Source: Eubacteriales bacterium (GTDB lineage Bacteria; Bacillota; Clostridia; Oscillospirales; QAKW01). From it: a stretch of 61,262 nucleotides of DNA. The notes under the pieces were generated by a model. The model saw only the letters and a list, made by a program, of their open reading frames with translations. It ran no database searches and was not told the DNA's origin. Of this stretch, positions 55,499 to 61,262 are shown piece by piece (position 1 is the stretch's first letter; every line of letters starts with the position of its first letter). Location of the stretch: contig JAZROO010000024.1 of assembly GCA_045648705.1 (NCBI GenBank), positions 1-61,262 of the forward strand, in the 5' to 3' direction. A program made the position numbers and the translations under genes.

Positions 55499-57271
55499 AT
55501 GAGGCTTTTGAAAATCTTAAAACAAATATATAGCGGTAGTTTTGTTGCTAAAATAGGAAAAAAGATTTCTTTGGCATATAGAAGCAGCCGCATTTTTTCC
55601 TTGAATACGGCAGGGGAACTTGACGATGTTTTGGCCTCGTCCGTGCTTTTGAAAAACAAAAATAAAGATAAAAAAGATATCTCGATGGGATTTATATTAC
55701 CGGCATTGCAAAAAGCCGCTAATCAGTTGATATTTGCTTCTGTTGGGGTGGTTTCGTTTTTACTTTTGATGTTTTCGTTATCCTCAACACTTTCGTTTGT
55801 CTTTAAGCAAGATTATCAAAATGTACTTATTTTTGCCATTATTTGTGCCGTGCTTACGCCATTATGTTTTATAAGAGTATCGATCGGCGGTCTTGTCAGC
55901 AATTCCTTTATTGGTCGATTTTTTAATTTTGAGATGGAGGTTCAAAGTCGGAAACAAAACAGGGGATTGGTGGCAATTTTAGCCGTGTTGGCGGCAATTG
56001 GAGGACTCTTTCTTCCATTTCCATATTCAACGCTTCCTGTGCTGGCACCGATTGCCTTTTTGCTTCTTTTTTATGTTAAGCCCTTGTTTTTTGTTGGCTT
56101 AATTATGCTTTGTTTACCGATATTTGGAACGTCGGCTTGTATGGTACTCAGCATCCTGCTAATTTTATCTCATTGGTTGCAAAGAGGTTTGGGTACTATA
56201 CAAAAACAGCGCATTGATTATATTGATATTCTCTTACTTGTTTATGCCGTGCTGTGTTTTATTTCTGCACTTTTTTCTTTTGCAATGGCTGATAGTTTCA
56301 GAATCATCACAATGTGGGTGACTCTTTTCTCGGTTATTTTTATTATTTATAGAAATGTTACCTCAAAAAAAGACTTGATGACTGCACTGACTTGTTTGTT
56401 TATTGGAGCTCTTTTCGCGTGTGGCGTTGGTTTGTGGCAATTTCTGTCCGGTCAGGTGGATACCACTTGGACTGACACGGAGTTGTTTGAAGATTTGTCG
56501 ATTCGTGTTTACGGAACTTTTGCGAATCCGAATGTTTTTGGTGAGTTTTTGCTTTTGGTTATTCCTTTTTCTGTTGGACTAACTTTGTGTCTTAAAGAAT
56601 TCAAGTATAAACTTGCATGTTTATTCGTTTCAATTATATCCTTTATCACATTGGCGCTGACATATTCGCGCGGATGTTATGCCGGTATTGCGGTTACCGC
56701 TATAGTTTTTCTTTGGATGTACAATAAAAAAATTCTTGGATTGCTTTTAGTATTCGGAACACCGGTTGGTATTGCATTATTACCTCAAAACATGCTGGCA
56801 AGAATTGCAAGTATGGTGAATTTTGCTGATTCTTCTACCTCGTATCGCTTGAAAATATATGAAGGTACATTCAAACTGTTGGGCAAGTTTTGGCCCAGTG
56901 GTGTTGGAATAGGCGAAGAGTCGTTTAACTATGTTTATCCGTTCTTTGGCGTGCAAGGTATTGTTGCCCCTCATTCACATTCGTTGTTTTTGCAGATCCT
57001 TGTAAGTTTTGGTATAGCAGGATTCATCTATTTTCTGTTTATGATATTTTTATATCATCGCAATTTGATGTCGTTAATGAACAGTATGCCTAAAAATGAA
57101 AATAATAGATTGTGGCTGATCATGTTCGCTTCTGTTTTCTTTGGTTTTTTGATCCAAAGTATTTTCGATTACACGTGGTATAATTATCGTGTGTATATGC
57201 TGTTTTGGATAATATTTGGACTTGGTCTTGCTGCATATAAAGTTTTTAAGAATGAGAGGTGTTCGTTATGA
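55499..57271 (+). CDS. O-antigen ligase / O-oligosaccharyltransferase-like polytopic membrane protein (Wzy_C)
   Basis: Many TM helices; RVYGTFANPNVFGEFL, LTYSRG, SYRLKIY, GVGIG, HSHSLFLQ with the conserved His. Confidence 0.85.
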   Translation: MRLLKILKQIYSGSFVAKIGKKISLAYRSSRIFSLNTAGELDDVLASSVLLKNKNKDKKDISMGFILPALQKAANQLIFASVGVVSFLLLMFSLSSTLSFVFKQDYQNVLIFAIICAVLTPLCFIRVSIGGLVSNSFIGRFFNFEMEVQSRKQNRGLVAILAVLAAIGGLFLPFPYSTLPVLAPIAFLLLFYVKPLFFVGLIMLCLPIFGTSACMVLSILLILSHWLQRGLGTIQKQRIDYIDILLLVYAVLCFISALFSFAMADSFRIITMWVTLFSVIFIIYRNVTSKKDLMTALTCLFIGALFACGVGLWQFLSGQVDTTWTDTELFEDLSIRVYGTFANPNVFGEFLLLVIPFSVGLTLCLKEFKYKLACLFVSIISFITLALTYSRGCYAGIAVTAIVFLWMYNKKILGLLLVFGTPVGIALLPQNMLARIASMVNFADSSTSYRLKIYEGTFKLLGKFWPSGVGIGEESFNYVYPFFGVQGIVAPHSHSLFLQILVSFGIAGFIYFLFMIFLYHRNLMSLMNSMPKNENNRLWLIMFASVFFGFLIQSIFDYTWYNYRVYMLFWIIFGLGLAAYKVFKNERCSL

Positions 57272-58374
57272 TTAAAGTGATGCATTGTATCAGCGACACT
57301 AATTTTGGCGGCGCAGGAAGAGTTTTGATTAATTATCTCAATCATTTCGACAACAGCAATTTTGAAGTGACCGTTGTGGTTCCCAAAGGTAGTAAATTAC
57401 TCAACTATTTTGACGCTCATAAATATTGTATTGTTGAACTTGATGGATTGTACGATCGTTCCTATGACAAAGGTGATGTCAAAAAGTTAGTGAAAGTCAT
57501 CAATCAACATCAGCCTGATATTATTCATTCGCACGGAGCACTCAGTGCACGTATAGCGGCAAAAAAATGTCATAAAAAAATTGTTTATACGCGCCACAGT
57601 GTTTTTGACTTACCTAAATGGCAAACATCTTGGTATGGAAAATTGTTGCTCGGCAGCATAAATCAATATTATGCCGATCGTATTGTTGCGGTTTCTCCTG
57701 CTGCCAAAGACTTGCTGGTGGCGAGCGGAACAAAGTCAAAAATCATTGACGTGATCTTTAATGGCGTAGAAAAACTGGATAAGGCTTCACATGAAAAATG
57801 CGAACAACTCAGGGCACAGTATGGCATTACTGAATCGGATTTCGTTTGCACAATTATGGCACGCTTGGAAGCTGTTAAGGGCCATAAATATATTGTTGAA
57901 GCGGCTCGTATTTTAAAAAATCAGGGCATTACCAATGTTAAAATAATAATTGCCGGAACCGGTGGGGTTGAGAATGAAATCAAAGATTTGGTTTCGTCAT
58001 ATGGCCTTGAAAATTCGGTGATATTTGCCGGATTTGTTACGGACATACCTGCGCTTCTTTCCATAACGGATATACAGTTAAACGCGTCCTATGGGACAGA
58101 GGCGACCTCCATGGCGCTTTTGGAGGGCTTTTCTCTGGGTGTACCTGCCATTGTTTCTGATTTTGGGGGAAATCCATACGTTGTGACAAATGAGGAAAAT
58201 GGTTTGCTTTTCCCCAAAAACAATGCACAAGCTTTGGCTGACGCTATTTTAAAGATTAAAGACGATGCGACCCTTTATCAAAAATGCGTTGCTAATTCCA
58301 TCGAAATTTTTGATAAAAAATTTACTGCAAAAAAAATGACGGAAAATATGGAAACGTTATATTGTCAATTATAA
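57268..58374 (+). CDS. Glycosyltransferase family 4 (GT-B)
   Basis: NFGGAGR, DIIHSHG, YTRH, IFNGV, ARLEAVKGH, EATSMALLE (E-x7-E); 4-nt overlap with the ligase gene. Confidence 0.92.
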   Translation: MIKVMHCISDTNFGGAGRVLINYLNHFDNSNFEVTVVVPKGSKLLNYFDAHKYCIVELDGLYDRSYDKGDVKKLVKVINQHQPDIIHSHGALSARIAAKKCHKKIVYTRHSVFDLPKWQTSWYGKLLLGSINQYYADRIVAVSPAAKDLLVASGTKSKIIDVIFNGVEKLDKASHEKCEQLRAQYGITESDFVCTIMARLEAVKGHKYIVEAARILKNQGITNVKIIIAGTGGVENEIKDLVSSYGLENSVIFAGFVTDIPALLSITDIQLNASYGTEATSMALLEGFSLGVPAIVSDFGGNPYVVTNEENGLLFPKNNAQALADAILKIKDDATLYQKCVANSIEIFDKKFTAKKMTENMETLYCQL

Positions 58375-58388
58375 GGAGAGAAAAATAA

Positions 58389-58874
58389 ATGAAAATCAAA
58401 TGGAACTGGTTAGATACCCTTATTGTTTGTATCGTTGTTGCATTGATTGTTGTGGGGGCTGTCTTCTTTTTATCACAGCGACCTGACGCGGTTATTCAAA
58501 CACAAGATTCATATCTTTATATCACTTTTGATACTGTTAAAGCGCGTTTGGGTACGTATGATGATTTAAAAGTTGGTGATGAAATTATGATTTCGACCAA
58601 TGGAAAATCTTTTGGCGAAATTATTGATGTAAATATACTGCCTTCGCGCACTTCTGTTTTTAATGAAAATACCAAAAAGAATCAAATATTTGAAAATGAA
58701 AAATATCCATATTGCAGATTCACAGTAAAAGTAAAGGGATATATTAACGATAAAAATGAAGCCTATGCAGATTCTAAGGCCGTTTTGTACGATGATGAGT
58801 GGTTTCTTGAAACAACTTCTCTTCGAGTTGTTGCTAATGTAACGGGTATAAAGGAGGTGAGCGCTGATGAATAA
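58389..58874 (+). CDS. DUF4330-like membrane-anchored protein (paralogue 1)
   Basis: NWLDTLI + one TM helix, LKVGDEI, G.I.DV, beta-rich body; resembles the next gene. Confidence 0.65.
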   Translation: MKIKWNWLDTLIVCIVVALIVVGAVFFLSQRPDAVIQTQDSYLYITFDTVKARLGTYDDLKVGDEIMISTNGKSFGEIIDVNILPSRTSVFNENTKKNQIFENEKYPYCRFTVKVKGYINDKNEAYADSKAVLYDDEWFLETTSLRVVANVTGIKEVSADE

Positions 58875-59367
58875 AATAATTGATGGCAATGGTAAGTTAT
58901 TTGGGAAAATTAATTTACTTGATTTTTTGATTTTACTGATTTTGGTGGTTGTTTTAATCGGAGGGTGCTATAAACTTCTTTTTGTTGATAACAATGTTTA
59001 TACACCTGAATATCAGCGCGGTCAAATCACCCTTCGTTTGTCTTCATTGTCAAAGGAACAGGTCGAGGCAGTCAAGGTGGGCGATCCGATTTGTGTACCG
59101 AAGATTCAGGATCTTGGCAAGGTTAAGGATATAAGTGTCAGCAACCGTATGGAAAACGTTACATCGACAGACGGATTGGTTTATACCGTGGAGAATCCGT
59201 TACAGTATGAGCTGACGTTGGTGGTTGAAACTGAAAAACTGTATTTCCAAAATGAATTCTATTATATCGGTGATAACTATAAGATTAACAAAGGTATGGC
59301 ATTGGATGTAAGTAATGGTTTGATGCCTTGCAAAGCTACGTTGTTATCCATTTCGGTTGAAGAATAG
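58867..59367 (+). CDS. DUF4330 family membrane-anchored protein (paralogue 2)
   Basis: IIDGNGKLFGKINLLDFLI signature, TM helix, VKVGDPI, LGKVKDI; 8-nt overlap with paralogue 1. Confidence 0.78.
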   Translation: MNKIIDGNGKLFGKINLLDFLILLILVVVLIGGCYKLLFVDNNVYTPEYQRGQITLRLSSLSKEQVEAVKVGDPICVPKIQDLGKVKDISVSNRMENVTSTDGLVYTVENPLQYELTLVVETEKLYFQNEFYYIGDNYKINKGMALDVSNGLMPCKATLLSISVEE

Positions 59368-59401
59368 AAAAAAGCGGTGCTGCAAAACAGCACCGCTTTT
59401 T
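59368..59401. terminator. Bidirectional terminator between the DUF4330 gene and ireB
   Basis: AAAAAAGCGGTGCTG-caaaa-CAGCACCGCTTTTT. Confidence 0.9.
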
Positions 59402-59409
59402 GATTTGAT

Positions 59410-59655
59410 TTAGTTATCGAGATAAAATTTTACTAATGTTTCGAGAAGTTCTTCGCGATCAATTTTTCTGATAAATGCTCTGGCGTTTTTATGATTGGTG
59501 ATGTAGGTCGGGTCTTCGGAAAGTAGATAGCCTACGATTTGGCTGAGGGGATCATATCCTTTTTCTTTAAGCGCATCATATACAGTGGTTAAAATTTGCT
59601 TCATTTGCGCTTCTTTGTCATTATTAATATTAAACTTCATTGTGTTATCAAACAT
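59410..59655 (-). CDS. reoM: IreB/ReoM (UPF0297) regulatory phosphoprotein
   Basis: [35 protein letters not shown]...[17 protein letters not shown]; GAGGTG RBS. Confidence 0.94.
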   Translation of the reverse strand: MFDNTMKFNINNDKEAQMKQILTTVYDALKEKGYDPLSQIVGYLLSEDPTYITNHKNARAFIRKIDREELLETLVKFYLDN

Positions 59656-59674
59656 AATTTATCACCTCAAATTT

Positions 59675-59703
59675 ATTCTATCTTATTTTTTCAAAAATTT
59701 CAA
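59675..59703 (-). promoter_or_regulatory. Sigma-A promoter of ireB/reoM
   Basis: Minus strand TTGAAA-17-TAGAAT. Confidence 0.6.
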
Positions 59704-59716
59704 CTAAAATATCAAT

Positions 59717-59748
59717 AAAAAAATCCTCACCTAAAAATAAGTGAGGAT

Positions 59749-59749
<1 letters not shown>
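59717..59749 (-). terminator. Terminator after tRNA-Thr
   Basis: Minus strand AATCCTCAC-10-GTGAGGATT followed by a T run. Confidence 0.75.
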
Positions 59750-59829
<80 letters not shown>

Positions 59830-59837
59830 ACTAATAT

Positions 59838-59865
59838 ATTTTAACATATTTTTATAAAAAATCAA
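59838..59865 (-). promoter_or_regulatory. Putative sigma-A promoter of tRNA-Thr
   Basis: Minus strand TTGATT-16-TAAAAT with an extended TG. Confidence 0.45.
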
Positions 59866-59902
59866 CCATTTTTTTATCTTTTGATTAATTCTGATAGAAT
59901 TG

Positions 59903-59931
59903 TTGCGAATTTATCTTTGTTGTGTTACAAT
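59903..59931 (+). promoter_or_regulatory. Sigma-A promoter of the flavoprotein-cmk operon
   Basis: TTGCGA-17-TACAAT with an extended TG. Confidence 0.6.
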
Positions 59932-59953
59932 GTTATGGAAAATGGAGATTAAT

Positions 59954-61174
59954 ATGAAAGATGTAATTATAATTGGCGGTGGCCCGTCGGGCATGATGGC
60001 GGCAATATCTGCGGCTATGCAGGGAGCTAGTGTTGCACTGATTGAAAAGAATAAACATCCGGGAAGTAAATTGCTTGTTACGGGAAAGGGTAGGTGCAAT
60101 GTTACCAACTCCTGCGACGAGCAAACGTTGCTTGCAAACGTTGTTCACAATTCCAGGTTTTTGTATAGCGCCTTTTATCGCTTTAATTCTTCCGATACTG
60201 TTAACTTTTTTGAAAATTTAGGCGTTCCTTTGAAAACGGAAAGAGGTGGCCGTGTATTTCCGGTAAGTGATCGTGCTCTTGATATCCGCAACGCTTTAAC
60301 AAAATATATGAGTGATTGTGGTATTGAGGTCATCTGTGATGAGGTGACGGCATTGGAAGTTGCCGAGAATGTAAATATTCAAGGCAAAAAAGGAAAATAC
60401 GTTTCCAAAACTTGTGTTATTGCCACCGGTGGTCTTTCTTATCCTGAAACAGGAAGTACAGGGGATGGGTATGTTTTTGCTCGAAAGATTGGGCACGAAA
60501 TCGTCACACCGGCACCGTCTTTGGTTGGCCTTAAATGTAAAGAACGCCTTTGCAGAGAACTAAGCGGTTTAACGCTTAAGAATGTTGAGGTTTCTTTTTA
60601 TCGGGGACAGCAGTGTGTTTATCGTGATTTTGGTGAACTGCTTTTCACGCACGTAGGCGTATCAGGTCCAACTGTTTTGTCCGCGTCTGCTCATTTTGAG
60701 TCCTTTGAAAATGCAAAGCTACTGATTAATTTAAAACCCTCTCTTAATCAAGAACAACTTGATAGGCGTTTGTTGCGAGATTTTGAAGAAAACATAAATA
60801 AAAACGTGTCAAACGCATTAGAGGGATTGCTACCCAAACGACTTTTACCTATTGTCTTGGATCGTGCGGGTATCTTTGAAAATCAAAAGGTTCATCAAAT
60901 CACCAAGGAACAAAGAAGTGCCTTGGTACATCAATTGCATGCTTTTGAATTGTCTTTGATTGGTAAAGAGGGCATAGAGCGTGCAATAATTACGTCGGGC
61001 GGAGTCAGGGTTGATGAGATTAATCCAAAGACTATGTGCTCAAAGTTATGCGACAAAATATTCTTTGCCGGTGAGGTATTAGATGTTGATGCATATACCG
61101 GCGGATTTAATTTACAAATTGCGTTCTCTACCGGCTATCTTGCCGGTATGAGTGCGGCGGAGGTTGCGTTATGA
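59954..61174 (+). CDS. HI0933/YtfP/YhiN family flavoprotein (family includes the 23S rRNA dihydrouridine synthase RdsA)
   Basis: [59 protein letters not shown]; ATG 59954 after GGAG. Confidence 0.9.
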   Translation: MKDVIIIGGGPSGMMAAISAAMQGASVALIEKNKHPGSKLLVTGKGRCNVTNSCDEQTLLANVVHNSRFLYSAFYRFNSSDTVNFFENLGVPLKTERGGRVFPVSDRALDIRNALTKYMSDCGIEVICDEVTALEVAENVNIQGKKGKYVSKTCVIATGGLSYPETGSTGDGYVFARKIGHEIVTPAPSLVGLKCKERLCRELSGLTLKNVEVSFYRGQQCVYRDFGELLFTHVGVSGPTVLSASAHFESFENAKLLINLKPSLNQEQLDRRLLRDFEENINKNVSNALEGLLPKRLLPIVLDRAGIFENQKVHQITKEQRSALVHQLHAFELSLIGKEGIERAIITSGGVRVDEINPKTMCSKLCDKIFFAGEVLDVDAYTGGFNLQIAFSTGYLAGMSAAEVAL

Positions 61175-61262
61175 AATATATAAACATTGCTGTGGATGGC
61201 CCTTCCGGTTCAGGAAAAAGCACTTTATCTCGCAGGGTTGCCAAGGCTTTAGGGTATATCTA
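61171..61262 (+). CDS. cmk: Cytidylate kinase, 5' part (runs off the window)
   Basis: [30 protein letters not shown]; ATGA overlap with the upstream stop; usual position after the HI0933-family gene. Confidence 0.9.
   Translation, partial: MKYINIAVDGPSGSGKSTLSRRVAKALGYI

Overview
A 61 kb core-chromosome segment of a low-GC, spore-forming Firmicute; gene order and sequence divergence suggest a Clostridia/Oscillospiraceae-like, possibly uncultured lineage. Nearly all genes are on the + strand. Housekeeping blocks: uvrB-uvrA; yloC-remA-gmk-rpoZ-priA-def-fmt-rsmB-rlmN-prpC-prkC-rsgA; miaB-ricA(ymcA)-mutS-mutL-miaA; MFP-like-yggS-sepF-yggT-ylmH-divIVA-lspA-rluD; TPP riboswitch-thiT; pyrH-frr-uppS-cdsA-dxr-rseP-ispG-polC-murB-whiA-dnaE-pfkA-tRNA-Val; ireB/reoM, tRNA-Thr, an HI0933-family flavoprotein and a partial cmk. 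I see no mobile element, integrase, CRISPR array or prophage. The best leads are: (1) an operon joining a clostridial 2-enoate reductase with a two-subunit aconitase X, a candidate dehydrate-then-reduce pathway for an unknown hydroxy acid; (2) two small genes not called as such by the ORF track, a 50-aa hydrophobic protein and a 22-aa SpoVM, directly upstream of sipL; (3) a cwlJ gene followed by a probable remote GerQ homologue; (4) an O-antigen-ligase/GT4/2xDUF4330 envelope operon, and a PrkC kinase with an unusual acidic, (PTT)4 extracellular tail. All family calls come from reading motifs by eye; no database search was run.
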